DNA from: an uncultured Actinomycetota bacterium
GTDB lineage: Bacteria; Actinomycetota; Actinomycetes; Propionibacteriales; Nocardioidaceae
Assembly: GCA_963782215.1 (NCBI GenBank)
Contig: CAWAJE010000001.1
Span: 3,943-67,942, forward strand
Length of the DNA: 64,000 nt
Direction: 5' to 3'
Each line of letters begins with the position of its first letter. Position 1 is the stretch's first letter. Below are positions 41,702 to 51,120 of the stretch, one piece after another. The position numbers and the translations under genes were made by a program. Under the pieces are notes generated by a model. The model was not told the DNA's origin and searched no databases. It worked only from the letters and a program-made list of their open reading frames with translations.

Positions 41702-42011
41702 GGACCGCACGTTAGGCGAGCCCACCGACAGAACGGGGGAGCGCCGCTCAGCGGGCGGGATCGGGCCGCAGCGCGAGACGGTACGGCGCCGCCCAGCCAG
41801 GTCAGCCCCAGCGGGCGGGTCCGCAGGTCCGGCCGCCAGGTTGGCCAGGTCGTCGAGTGCCGGGCAAGAGGTGTCGGGCTCGTGCTCGCCTCCTCGCTCC
41901 CGGATCGCGAGGAGGGCGTTCCCAGTGCTTCCCGGGCTCCGGCTGGGGTACATCAGGTGCAAGAACGGGCGATCGACCCGGGTTCCGGCCTCGGGGCCTC
42001 CCGGCTCCGAC

Positions 42012-42029
42012 TAGGATTGGATCGATCCA
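42012..42029 (+). promoter_or_regulatory. -10 box plus LacI-type operator palindrome
   Basis: TAGGAT (42012-17) directly followed by the perfect palindrome TGGATCGATCCA with a central CG, upstream of the lacI-family gene. Confidence 0.6.
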
Positions 42030-42076
42030 CAAACACGGGTCGGCGATGACAGGCCGATCTCCCAGGGGGCAAGCGG

Positions 42077-43144
42077 ATGGACCAGCAGAACGGCAGATCC
42101 GAGGCGGGACGCGCGCGGCACCTGTCGCCGCCGACGCTGGCGACCGTGGCCGACGAGGCCGGTGTCTCGCGCCAGACCGTGTCCAACGCGCTGAACAACC
42201 CCGAGCTGCTGCGCCCCGAGACCCTCGAACGCGTCCAGCACGTCATCGACAAGCTCGGCTACTCGCCCAACCGGGCCGCGCGCCAGCTTCGGACCAAGTC
42301 CTCGCACCTGATCGGGCTGCGCTTCGAACCCGCGCAGGAGGGCACCAGCAACGCGCTGATGGACCGCTTCCTGCACAGCCTGGTCGACGCGGCCTCCCGC
42401 ACCGGGCACCACCTGCTGCTGTTCGCGGGTGATCCCGAGGACCCGCTGGACGGCTACGACGACCTGCTCCGCTCCACCGCGGTGGACGCGTTCGTGGTCA
42501 CCGACACCTACGCCGGGACCCCGCAGTCGAGCTTCCTGCGTGACCGTGACGCCCCCTTCGTGGCCTTCGGTCGCCCGTGGGACGACCCGGAGGCCGAGCA
42601 CGCCTGGATCGACGTCGACGGTGCGCACGGGTCGCGGATCGCCACCGAGCACCTGCTCGAGCAGGGTCACCGTCGGGTGGCCTGGCTGGGCTGGGAACGC
42701 ACCTCCCGGATCGGGCAGGACCGCCGCGCCGGCTGGGAGACCGCGATGAGCTCCGCCGGTCTGAGCACTGCGGGTCTCGGCGTACGCCTGACCGACAACG
42801 TCGACGCCGCCCGGATGGCCACGCACAAGCTGCTCGAGGACCGCACCGTGACCGCCGTGGCCTGCGCCAGCGACACCCTGGCGATCGGGGTGCTGCACGC
42901 CCTGGCGGAGCGCGGCCTGCGACCGGGCGTGGACATCGGCGTGGTCGGCTTCGACGACTCCCTCGCCGCGCAGGTGACCTGGCCGGGCCTCACCTCGGTG
43001 CGCCAGCCGCTCGAGGACGTCGCCTTCGCGCTGATCCGGATCCTGCAGCTGGTGCTGGCCCACAAGCCGCTGGAGGCCCCGGGCAGGATGCTCAAGCCGA
43101 GCCTGGTCGTACGCCGGTCCAGCCGGCGGGACCCCGTCCTGTAG
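42077..43144 (+). CDS. LacI-family transcriptional regulator
   Basis: TLATVADEAGVSRQTVSNALN, LGYSPNRAARQL, VVGFDD, LTSVRQP. Confidence 0.95.
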   Translation: MDQQNGRSEAGRARHLSPPTLATVADEAGVSRQTVSNALNNPELLRPETLERVQHVIDKLGYSPNRAARQLRTKSSHLIGLRFEPAQEGTSNALMDRFLHSLVDAASRTGHHLLLFAGDPEDPLDGYDDLLRSTAVDAFVVTDTYAGTPQSSFLRDRDAPFVAFGRPWDDPEAEHAWIDVDGAHGSRIATEHLLEQGHRRVAWLGWERTSRIGQDRRAGWETAMSSAGLSTAGLGVRLTDNVDAARMATHKLLEDRTVTAVACASDTLAIGVLHALAERGLRPGVDIGVVGFDDSLAAQVTWPGLTSVRQPLEDVAFALIRILQLVLAHKPLEAPGRMLKPSLVVRRSSRRDPVL

Positions 43145-43192
43145 CCCGTCCTGCAGCCCGTCCTGCAGCCCGTCCTCCAGCCGCTCCCGCAG
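43133..43192. repeat. 5 x 12-bp tandem repeat spanning the lacI stop
   Basis: cccgtcctgtag cccgtcctgcag cccgtcctgcag cccgtcctccag ccgctcccgcag. Confidence 0.85.
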
Positions 43193-43212
43193 CCCGTGGC
43201 CGGCGTGCCCAG

Positions 43213-43920
43213 CTACCAGCAGCGGCTCCACACGTTCACGGCGTAGTCGACCTCGGTGCCCTGGTGGCCGGCCACGATCTCCTCGGCCACCTCAGCGGGG
43301 AACTCGATCCGCACCACCGCCTCCAGGTCCTCGCGGGTCTCGAAGGTCCACGCGATCTCGAGCGGGTGCCGCTCCCAGCCCTGGTCTCGCCAGAACGACT
43401 CGACGGCGAGGTGGTCGTGCTTCTCGCCCCACCCCCGCCGGAACCACTCCCCGAACGTGGAGCGGCTCGGGTCGTTGTCGATCACGAACGCACGGCCACC
43501 GGGGCGCACCACCCGGTCGAGCTCGGCGAGCCCGGGCTCGCAGCCGGGCCCGAAGAAGTAGGCCCAGCGAGCGTGCACGAGGTCCACGGAGCGGTCGGGG
43601 AGCGCGAGCGGCGCCGCCGACCCGTGCACGACCTCGACGTTCGCCAGCCGGCGTACCCGGCGCCGGGCCAGCGCGACGAGGTCACCGTGCGGCTCCACCC
43701 CGGTGACGCGGCGGGCACCGTCGGCGAAAAGCGGCAGGTGGAAGCCGGTGCCGCAGCCGACGTCGAGCACGTCGCGGCCCTCCCACGGCAGCAGCGTCCG
43801 GATCAGGGCAGGGATCGCACCGGCCCGGTCGACGGCGCGGTTCTCGAGCTCGTAGACCGAGGGGTGGTGCCAGATGTTCGGGCTCGGGATCGCTCCCGGA
43901 GACAGCTCGGGGCCGCTCAC
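43213..43920 (-). CDS. class I SAM-dependent methyltransferase
   Basis: VLDVGCGTG, HARWAYFFGPG, RVVRPGG; start uncertain (43920 or 43947). Confidence 0.85.
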   Translation of the reverse strand: MSGPELSPGAIPSPNIWHHPSVYELENRAVDRAGAIPALIRTLLPWEGRDVLDVGCGTGFHLPLFADGARRVTGVEPHGDLVALARRRVRRLANVEVVHGSAAPLALPDRSVDLVHARWAYFFGPGCEPGLAELDRVVRPGGRAFVIDNDPSRSTFGEWFRRGWGEKHDHLAVESFWRDQGWERHPLEIAWTFETREDLEAVVRIEFPAEVAEEIVAGHQGTEVDYAVNVWSRCW

Positions 43921-43927
43921 TCCCGGG

Positions 43928-44566
43928 TCAGATCCGGATGAGTCCACGCGGGGTCTGGAACTGCGCGGCGGTGATGCCAGGGGTGCCGTTGGGGGCGACC
44001 CACTCCACCTTCACGTCCTCGAGAGCCTGGTCGACCGACTGGCCGAGCCACTCCGAGACGCGCGCGGGGTCACCGGCGATCTCGAGGGCCTCCAGCGAGA
44101 CCTGACCGGTGGCTCCCGCACTGGGGTGCATGTCCGCCGGGGTGTCCCACTGGATGAAGAACGGCAGCTGCGGGTCCGACTGCAGGCCCCTGACCCCGAG
44201 CTGGCGCCACAGCAGCTCAGCACCGTCGGGACGGTGCCGGTTGCCCTTGACGGCCTCACGACCGAGGCGCTGCTCGTGCGGCGCGAGGTCGTCGACCGCC
44301 ACGACCCATCCGAGCCAGCCACCGCCGAGCGCGGAGCGGGCACGCACGGCCTGGCCGAACGGCGCCTTGTCCGAGGCGGGGTGGTCGAGCACCTCGACGA
44401 CCTCGAGGTAGGTCCCCTCGGTGAGGGGCAGGATCGCGTTGCGGGTGCCGAACCGCGGGTGCACGCCGCCAGTCACGAACTCCTCGTCGAGCAGTTCCGA
44501 GAGCCGGCTCGTCGTGCCCGCGAGACCACCAGGGCCAGCGGCGAAGACGATGTGATCGAGACGCAT
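43928..44566 (-). CDS. VOC/glyoxalase-like family protein
   Basis: LDHIV, GGVHPRFGTRN, YLEVV, LPFFIQW. Confidence 0.88.
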   Translation of the reverse strand: MRLDHIVFAAGPGGLAGTTSRLSELLDEEFVTGGVHPRFGTRNAILPLTEGTYLEVVEVLDHPASDKAPFGQAVRARSALGGGWLGWVVAVDDLAPHEQRLGREAVKGNRHRPDGAELLWRQLGVRGLQSDPQLPFFIQWDTPADMHPSAGATGQVSLEALEIAGDPARVSEWLGQSVDQALEDVKVEWVAPNGTPGITAAQFQTPRGLIRI

Positions 44567-44614
44567 ACTCGATTCTCACCCGAGTCGGATCGCGATCCGA
44601 CACCGGGGGTCGGC

Positions 44615-45394
44615 TCAGTGGCCGGTGCGGTCGGTCGGAGAGGCCGGGTGCAGCGCGAGCGCGGAGCGCGACCGGAGGTGCGCCTCGCAGTGCGCGACGA
44701 GTGCGTCGTAGGCACCTTCGCCCATCAGGGCAGTGAGTTCGGCCGCGTTGGAGAGGTACACCGGCTCGGCCCCCACGTGCGCCTCGGTGTTGCCCGAGCA
44801 GTACCAGTCGAGGTCGTGGCCACCCGCGCCCCAGCCGCGGCGGTCGTACTCACCGATGCTGACCTCGAGGTAGGTGGTGCCGTCGTGGCGCTCCACGTCG
44901 CGGAACGTACGGCGCATCGGCAGCTGCCAGCAGACGTCGGGCTTGGTCTCGACGAAGTGCACGCCCTCCTTCAACGCCAACGTGTGCAGCGCGCAGCCGT
45001 AGCCACCCTCGAAGTCGCGTGAGTTGTGGAAGATGCAGGCGCCGTCGACCACGCGGGTCTTGCGGTCACCCTCGTCGTCGACCTCCACCCAGCCCTTGCG
45101 GCGGACCTGGCCCTTCTTGCCCAGGGCTTGGTCACGGTGCTGCCACACCGAGTCGTCGAGCCGCTCGACCCACTCCGCGACCCGGGTCTCGTCGGCCTTG
45201 TCGGAGAAGTGCGCGCCGAGGGTGCAGCAGCCGGTGTCCGGGGAGTCGGCGTAGATGCCCTGGCAGCCGTTGCCGAAGATGCAGGTCCAGTTCGAGGTGA
45301 GCCAGGTCAGGTCGCAGCGGAACACCTGCGCGTCATCGGCCGGATCGGCGAACTCGATCCAGGCACGCGGAAAGACGAGATCGACCTCGGGCAC
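44615..45394 (-). CDS. conserved Cys-cluster protein (Rv0495c-like)
   Basis: [37 protein letters not shown]; divergent from ppx as in mycobacteria. Confidence 0.8.
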   Translation of the reverse strand: MPEVDLVFPRAWIEFADPADDAQVFRCDLTWLTSNWTCIFGNGCQGIYADSPDTGCCTLGAHFSDKADETRVAEWVERLDDSVWQHRDQALGKKGQVRRKGWVEVDDEGDRKTRVVDGACIFHNSRDFEGGYGCALHTLALKEGVHFVETKPDVCWQLPMRRTFRDVERHDGTTYLEVSIGEYDRRGWGAGGHDLDWYCSGNTEAHVGAEPVYLSNAAELTALMGEGAYDALVAHCEAHLRSRSALALHPASPTDRTGH

Positions 45395-45424
45395 GGAGGA
45401 ACCCTAGCCCGGTAGCCTCGGGGC

Positions 45425-46360
45425 ATGCGTCTGGGCGTGCTCGACATCGGCTCCAACACCGGTCACCTGCTGGTGGTGGACGCCTATCGCGGCGCCGCGC
45501 CGATGCCGGCGTCCTCCTACAAGGAGCCGCTGCGCCTGGCCGAGCACCTCGACGAGGACGGGCTCGTCACCGAGCGGGGCGTGGAGGTGCTCGGCGAGTT
45601 CGTCGGTCACGCCCTCGAGGTCGCCGAGGACAAGGGCTGCGAGGAGATCTACTCCTTCGCCACCTCGGCAGTGCGCGAGGCCGGCAACGGCGACGAGGTC
45701 CTGCGCCGGGTGCAGGAACGCACCGGCGTGGAGATCAAGGTGCTGCCCGGCGAGGACGAGGCCCGGCTGACCTTCCTCGCCGTACGCCGCTGGTTCGGGT
45801 GGTCCTCGGGCCGGCTCGCGGTCTTCGACATCGGTGGCGGGTCCCTGGAGATCGCGGGGGGCGCCGACGAGGTCCCGGACACCGCCTGGTCGCTGCCGCT
45901 GGGCGCCGGGCGCCTGGCCCGCGAACGGCTCGCCGGGGGGCGTCCCGACGCCGCCGCCCTGCGGGCGCTGCGCAAGGAGATCCGGGCGGAGGTCGCGCGC
46001 GACGCCGGCACCCTGCTGCGTGGCGGTGCGCCCGACCATGCCGTGGCGACCTCGAAGACGTTCCGTTCGTTGGCACGGATCTGTGGAGCCGCCCCGTCCA
46101 GCGAGGGCCTGTTCGTACGCCGGATCCTTCCCGCCGTCGACCTCGAACGCTGGGTGCCCAAGCTCCTCGAGATGGACAACGACCAGATCGCCGCGCTTCC
46201 CGGCGTCTCCAGCAACCGCTCCCACCAGATGCTCGGCGGGGCCCTGGTGGCCTCCGCGGTGATGGACATCTTCGACCTCGAGAAGCTCGAGATCTGCCCC
46301 TGGGCGCTGCGCGAGGGAGTCATCCTCGACCGGCTCGACCAGCTCAGCAGCCCGGGCTGA
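45425..46360 (+). CDS. Ppx/GppA family exopolyphosphatase
   Basis: [31 protein letters not shown]. Confidence 0.93.
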   Translation: MRLGVLDIGSNTGHLLVVDAYRGAAPMPASSYKEPLRLAEHLDEDGLVTERGVEVLGEFVGHALEVAEDKGCEEIYSFATSAVREAGNGDEVLRRVQERTGVEIKVLPGEDEARLTFLAVRRWFGWSSGRLAVFDIGGGSLEIAGGADEVPDTAWSLPLGAGRLARERLAGGRPDAAALRALRKEIRAEVARDAGTLLRGGAPDHAVATSKTFRSLARICGAAPSSEGLFVRRILPAVDLERWVPKLLEMDNDQIAALPGVSSNRSHQMLGGALVASAVMDIFDLEKLEICPWALREGVILDRLDQLSSPG

Positions 46361-46368
46361 GGGCGCGC

Positions 46369-47163
46369 GTGCCTCCGAAGTTCGCCCTGTCCACCGCGTC
46401 GGTCTACCCCGAGACGACGGCGCACGCCTTCGAGTACGCCTCGCGGCTGGGCTACGACGCCGTCGAGGTGATGGTCAGCATCGAGGCGGCCAGCCAGAGC
46501 GTCGCCCAGGTCCGGGCGCTGCGCGACTACCACGAGGTGCCGGTGTGTGCGGTGCACGCGCCCTGCCTGCTGATCACCCAACGGGTCTGGGGCACCGAGC
46601 CGTGGGCCAAGCTCGAGCGCAGCGCCGAGATGGCGGCTGCGCTGGGCGCGGACGTGGTCGTGGTGCACCCGCCCTTCCGGTGGCAGAAGGAGTACGCCGC
46701 TGGCTTCGTCGAGGGGATCGCCGACCTCGAGGCGCGCACCGGCATCGCGTTCGCGGTGGAGAACATGTATCCCTGGCGGGCGACGTCGCGTCGCGAGATG
46801 AAGGTCTACCAACCCGGGTGGGACCCCTCGGAGGAGGACTACGCGAACACCACGATCGACCTCTCGCACTCCGCCACGGCCCAGTCGGACCCGATCGCCA
46901 TGGCCAGCCGGCTCGGCCGGCGCCTGCGGCACATCCACATGACCGACGGCAGCGGATCGGCCAAGGACGAGCACCTCGTGCCGGGCCGCGGCAACCAGCC
47001 CTGCGGCCCCTTCCTCGAGCACCTGTCCTCCACCGGTTTCGACGGGCACATCGTGGTGGAGATCAACACCCGAAAGGCCGGGACCCGCAAGGCGCGGGAG
47101 GCCGACCTCCTGGAGGCGCTCGCGTTCAGCAGGCTGCACTTCGGTGCGGCCGTCGACTCCTGA
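46369..47163 (+). CDS. sugar phosphate isomerase/epimerase (AP endonuclease 2 TIM barrel, Rv0498-like)
   Basis: [38 protein letters not shown]. Confidence 0.88.
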   Translation: MPPKFALSTASVYPETTAHAFEYASRLGYDAVEVMVSIEAASQSVAQVRALRDYHEVPVCAVHAPCLLITQRVWGTEPWAKLERSAEMAAALGADVVVVHPPFRWQKEYAAGFVEGIADLEARTGIAFAVENMYPWRATSRREMKVYQPGWDPSEEDYANTTIDLSHSATAQSDPIAMASRLGRRLRHIHMTDGSGSAKDEHLVPGRGNQPCGPFLEHLSSTGFDGHIVVEINTRKAGTRKAREADLLEALAFSRLHFGAAVDS

Positions 47164-47195
47164 GCCGCGCGGGTCCAGGTGCCAGACTTGGTGCC

Positions 47196-47795
47196 GTGAC
47201 GAGTCCAGCGAGCTCCAGGGGCCGCCGTCCGGGTGCCCCGGACACCAGGGCGGAGATCCTCGCCGCGGCCCGGGCGTTGTTCGCGAGCAAGGGCTTCGCC
47301 AGCACCACGATCCGGGCGATCGCGGCGCAGGCCGGCGTCGACCCGGCGCTCGTGCACCACTACTACGGCTCCAAGGACGACCTGTTCATGGCGGCCCTCC
47401 AGCTTCCGGTGGACCCACGCAAGCGGCTGGCCCCGATGCTGGCCCTGGGGCCCGACGGTGCCGGTGAGCGACTGCTGCGCACGTTCCTCGAGGTGTGGGA
47501 CGACCCGGAGACCCAGCTGGCGTTCCTGGGCATGTTCCGCAGCCTCCTCGAGCCCCCGGGGGAGCGGTTGCTCAGCGAGGGCTTCGTCCCGGTGGTGCTG
47601 GGTCCGGTCGGGCGCGAGCTGGGGGTGGACCGGCCCGAGCTGCGGATGCCGCTCGTGGCCAGCCAGCTGGTCGGGCTGATCCTGACCCGCTACGTCTTCA
47701 GGATGGAGCCGCTCGCCTCGATGGAGCCTGAGCGGCTGGTCGCGACGTACGCCCCCACCATCCAGCGCTACCTGACCGGCGATCTGCCCTCTTGA
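47196..47795 (+). CDS. TetR-family transcriptional regulator
   Basis: RGRRPG..TRAEILAAARALF..GF..TTIRAIA..AGVDPALVHHYYGSKDDLF. Confidence 0.92.
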   Translation: MTSPASSRGRRPGAPDTRAEILAAARALFASKGFASTTIRAIAAQAGVDPALVHHYYGSKDDLFMAALQLPVDPRKRLAPMLALGPDGAGERLLRTFLEVWDDPETQLAFLGMFRSLLEPPGERLLSEGFVPVVLGPVGRELGVDRPELRMPLVASQLVGLILTRYVFRMEPLASMEPERLVATYAPTIQRYLTGDLPS

Positions 47796-47835
47796 CGGGA
47801 CGCGCCGCCGGAGGATAATTCAACGCATGGTGAAT
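47792..47835 (+). promoter_or_regulatory. sigma-70 promoter with TetR-like inverted repeat over the ABC start codon
   Basis: TTGACG ... GATAAT; ATTCA-N8-TGAAT at 47818-47835. Confidence 0.55.
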
Positions 47836-48546
47836 AACCTCGTCGACGTACAGGAGCTCTCGATCACCCGGGGTGGCACCGAGGTGCTCCACGACCTCAC
47901 CTTCGGCGTCACTCCCGGAGAGGTGACCGGCCTGCTCGGACCCTCCGGCGGGGGCAAGACCACGCTGATGCGCGCGCTGGTGGGGGTGCAGCGGATCACC
48001 TCGGGCTCGGTGCGGGTCCTCGACGAACCCGCCGGCGCCGCGTCGCTGCGGAGCCGGATCGGCTACGTCACGCAGCAGGCCAGCGTGTACGACGACCTGT
48101 CCGTCGCTGAGAACCTGCGCTTCTTCGCCCGCGTGCTGAAGGTTGGTGACTCCCGGGTGGAGGCGACGATCGCGCTGGTGTCCCTGGCGGAGCACCGTGA
48201 CCGGATCGTCCGACAGCTCTCCGGCGGACAGAGGTCGCGGGTCTCGCTCGCGGTGGCGCTGCTGGGGGAGCCGAGCCTGCTCGTCCTCGACGAGCCCACC
48301 GTCGGCCTCGACCCGGTTCTGCGCGAGGAGCTGTGGCAGACCTTCCACAGCCTCGCCGACGCGGGAGCGGCGGTGCTGGTGTCGAGCCACGTGATGGACG
48401 AGGCCGCTCGCTGCGACCGGCTGCTGCTGATGCGGGCCGGGCGGATCATCGCCGACGACACTCCGCAGGGCCTGCTGGAGCGCACCGGGACGGCTGACAT
48501 CGAGCACGCGTTCCTCTCCCTGGTGCACGGCGAGGAGGCGGCATGA
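47827..48546 (+). CDS. ABC-2 type transporter ATP-binding protein
   Basis: GPSGGGKTT, LSGGQ, LDEPTVGLD, SSH. Confidence 0.94.
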   Translation: MVNNLVDVQELSITRGGTEVLHDLTFGVTPGEVTGLLGPSGGGKTTLMRALVGVQRITSGSVRVLDEPAGAASLRSRIGYVTQQASVYDDLSVAENLRFFARVLKVGDSRVEATIALVSLAEHRDRIVRQLSGGQRSRVSLAVALLGEPSLLVLDEPTVGLDPVLREELWQTFHSLADAGAAVLVSSHVMDEAARCDRLLLMRAGRIIADDTPQGLLERTGTADIEHAFLSLVHGEEAA

Positions 48547-49292
48547 GCGCCCTGATCACCCCGCGCGCCACGGCGGCCGTGACGACCCGCGTGCTCACGC
48601 AGCTGCGCCGCGACCACCGCACGCTGGCGATGTTGCTGGTGCTGCCGGTCGCCCTGCTCTCGCTGCTGTGGTGGATGTTCGACGCCGTCCCGGGCGACGG
48701 GTTCTCCAAGCTCGGTCCGGCGTTGCTGGCGCTGATCCCGTTCACGGTGATGTTCCTGGTGACCTCGGTGACGACGCTGCGAGAGCGCACCTCGGGCACG
48801 CTGGAGCGGCTGCTGGCGATGCCGATGGGCAAGCTGGACTTCCTGCTCGGCTACGCGATCGCCTTCGGGCTGGTGGCGGCGCTGCAGTCCGCGCTGGCGG
48901 TGGCGGTCTGCCTCTGGCTGCTCGACCTGACGATCGTGGGCAACGCCTGGTTGCTGATGGTCGTGGCGGTCCTCGACGCGATCCTCGGCACGGCGCTGGG
49001 GTTGTTCGTCTCGGCGTTCGCGCGCACGGAGTTCCAGGCGGTGCAGTTCATGCCCGCCCTGGTGATCCCGCAGCTGCTGCTCTGTGGGCTCTTTCTCGCC
49101 CGCGACGCCATGCCCGACGTCCTGGGTGCGATCTCCGACGTGCTGCCGCTCTCCTACGGTGTCGACGCGATGCAGGCGGTCGCCTCCACGACCTCGGCCG
49201 GCGAGGTGTGGCACGACGTCGCCGTGGTGGCGGCGTACGCCGTCGGGGTGCTCGCCCTCGGCGCGCTCACCCTGCGCCGCCAGTCGGACTGA
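48543..49292 (+). CDS. ABC-2 type transporter permease
   Basis: 6 TM, RERTSGTLERLLAMP, TEFQAVQFMP. Confidence 0.92.
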   Translation: MSALITPRATAAVTTRVLTQLRRDHRTLAMLLVLPVALLSLLWWMFDAVPGDGFSKLGPALLALIPFTVMFLVTSVTTLRERTSGTLERLLAMPMGKLDFLLGYAIAFGLVAALQSALAVAVCLWLLDLTIVGNAWLLMVVAVLDAILGTALGLFVSAFARTEFQAVQFMPALVIPQLLLCGLFLARDAMPDVLGAISDVLPLSYGVDAMQAVASTTSAGEVWHDVAVVAAYAVGVLALGALTLRRQSD

Positions 49293-49335
49293 CCTGCGAG
49301 GTAGCGTGACCGCAATCGCCGTCGGAGGGAATCAC

Positions 49336-50265
49336 GTGTTGCGTCACATCCTGTTGCTGCTCGCCCGCAGCCACAAGGTCAAGGACCTCGTCACCCGGAT
49401 GCCCGTGAGCAGCGGGGTCGTCAACCGCTACGTGCCCGGCGAGGTCACCCAGGCGGCGGTCGAGGCCACCCGGGAGCTGGTCGACGACGGCCTGAGCGTC
49501 ACCTTGGACTTCCTCGGCGAGGACACCCTCGACGAGGGCCAGGCCGAGGCGACCGTGCTGGCCTACCTCGACCTGCTCGAGGCGCTGGCGGCGGCCGGGC
49601 TGGCCCGCAACGCCGAGGTCAGCGTCAAGCTCTCCGCGCTCGGCCAAGCGCTGCCCGGGGCCGGGGTGAAGCTCTCCACCGAGAACGCCCGCCGGATCTG
49701 CCGCGCGGCCCGAAACGCCGGCACCACGGTCACTCTCGACATGGAGGACCACACCACCACCGACCAGACCCTGGCGACGCTGCACGAGCTGCGCAAGGAC
49801 TTCCCCGAGACCGGCGCCGTGCTGCAGGCCTACCTGCACCGCACCGAGCAGGACTGCCGGGCGCTGGCGCACGAGGGGAGCCGGGTGCGGTTGTGCAAGG
49901 GCGCCTACAAGCAGCCCGAGGAGGTCGCCTTCCAGGACAAGCACGACGTGGACAAGTCCTACGTCCGCTGCTTGAAGATCCTGATGGCCGGCGACGGCTA
50001 CCCGATGATCGCGACCCACGACCCGCGCCTGGTCAAGATCGGCTCCGCGCTGGCCACCCGCAACGGCCGGATGCCCGGCAGCTATGAGTTCCAGATGCTC
50101 TACGGCATCCGCAGCGAGGAGCAGAAGCGTCTGGCCGACAGCGGGGAGAAGGTGCGCGTCTACATCCCCTACGGCCAGGAGTGGTACGGCTACCTGATGA
50201 GAAGGCTCGCCGAGCGCCCGGCCAACCTGACATTCTTCCTGAGGTCGCTGGTCTCGCAGAAGTAG
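49336..50265 (+). CDS. monofunctional proline dehydrogenase (PutB/ProDH)
   Basis: SVKLS, DMED, QAYL, RLCKGAY, ATHD, EFQMLYG, YLMRRLAERP; GGAGGG RBS before GTG. Confidence 0.93.
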   Translation: MLRHILLLLARSHKVKDLVTRMPVSSGVVNRYVPGEVTQAAVEATRELVDDGLSVTLDFLGEDTLDEGQAEATVLAYLDLLEALAAAGLARNAEVSVKLSALGQALPGAGVKLSTENARRICRAARNAGTTVTLDMEDHTTTDQTLATLHELRKDFPETGAVLQAYLHRTEQDCRALAHEGSRVRLCKGAYKQPEEVAFQDKHDVDKSYVRCLKILMAGDGYPMIATHDPRLVKIGSALATRNGRMPGSYEFQMLYGIRSEEQKRLADSGEKVRVYIPYGQEWYGYLMRRLAERPANLTFFLRSLVSQK

Positions 50266-50319
50266 CCCAGAAGTTCAGCGCTGACACAGCTGGGCGCCAC
50301 TACCTCGAAGGGAATCCCC

Positions 50320-51120
50320 ATGGCTGTCGCCATCATCGGTGCCGGAGTGATGGGCGAGGCCCTGCTCTCCGGGCTCCTCCGCGGTGGGCACGACCCCGCC
50401 GACCTGATGGTCGGGGAGAAGCGCCCCGAGCGCGCGGTCGAGCTGCGCGCGAAGTACGCCGTCTCGGTGGTCAGCAACGTCGAGGCGGCCACGGCCGACA
50501 CCGTCGCCCTCGTGGTCAAGCCGCAGGACATGGGCGAGGTGCTCACCGAGATCGCCCCGCACCTGCGCGCCGGGCAGGTGCTGATCAGCCTGGCGGCCGG
50601 CATCACCACCGACTACATCGAACGGCACATCCCCGACGGCATCGCCGTGGTCCGGGTGATGCCGAACACCCCGGCCCTGGTCGACGAGGGGATGGCCGCC
50701 ATCTCCGCGGGAACGCACTGCGACGAGGAGCACCTCGCCCTGGCCGAGCGGATGCTCGCGGTCACCGGCCGGGTGATCCGGGTCCCGGAGAAGCAGCAGG
50801 ACGCCGTCACCGCGATCTCCGGCTCCGGGCCGGCCTACCTGTTCTTCGTCGTCGAGGCGATGATCGAGGCCGGCGTACACCTCGGGCTGCCGCGCACCAC
50901 CTGCACCGAGCTGGTCGTGCAGACGGTGGTCGGCTCCGCCAAGCTCCTCCGGGAGACCGGCGAGCACCCCACCGTGCTGCGTGAGCGGGTCACCTCACCG
51001 GGCGGCACGACTGCGGCTGCGATCCGCCAGCTGGAGGACCACAAGGTGCGTGCTGCCTTCATCACGGCGATGGAAGCTGCCCGGGACCGCTCGGTCGCGC
51101 TAGCGGCGAGTGATGACTGA
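50320..51120 (+). CDS. proC: pyrroline-5-carboxylate reductase
   Basis: GAGVMG, VKPQ, RVMPNTP, SGSGPAY, VTSPGGTT. Confidence 0.96.
   Translation: MAVAIIGAGVMGEALLSGLLRGGHDPADLMVGEKRPERAVELRAKYAVSVVSNVEAATADTVALVVKPQDMGEVLTEIAPHLRAGQVLISLAAGITTDYIERHIPDGIAVVRVMPNTPALVDEGMAAISAGTHCDEEHLALAERMLAVTGRVIRVPEKQQDAVTAISGSGPAYLFFVVEAMIEAGVHLGLPRTTCTELVVQTVVGSAKLLRETGEHPTVLRERVTSPGGTTAAAIRQLEDHKVRAAFITAMEAARDRSVALAASDD

Noticed and set aside
41688-42032. Short ORFs between radA and lacI, and the 87-codon N-terminal RadA extension
   Set aside because: No recognisable motif or RBS; RadA has a leaderless signal at 41701
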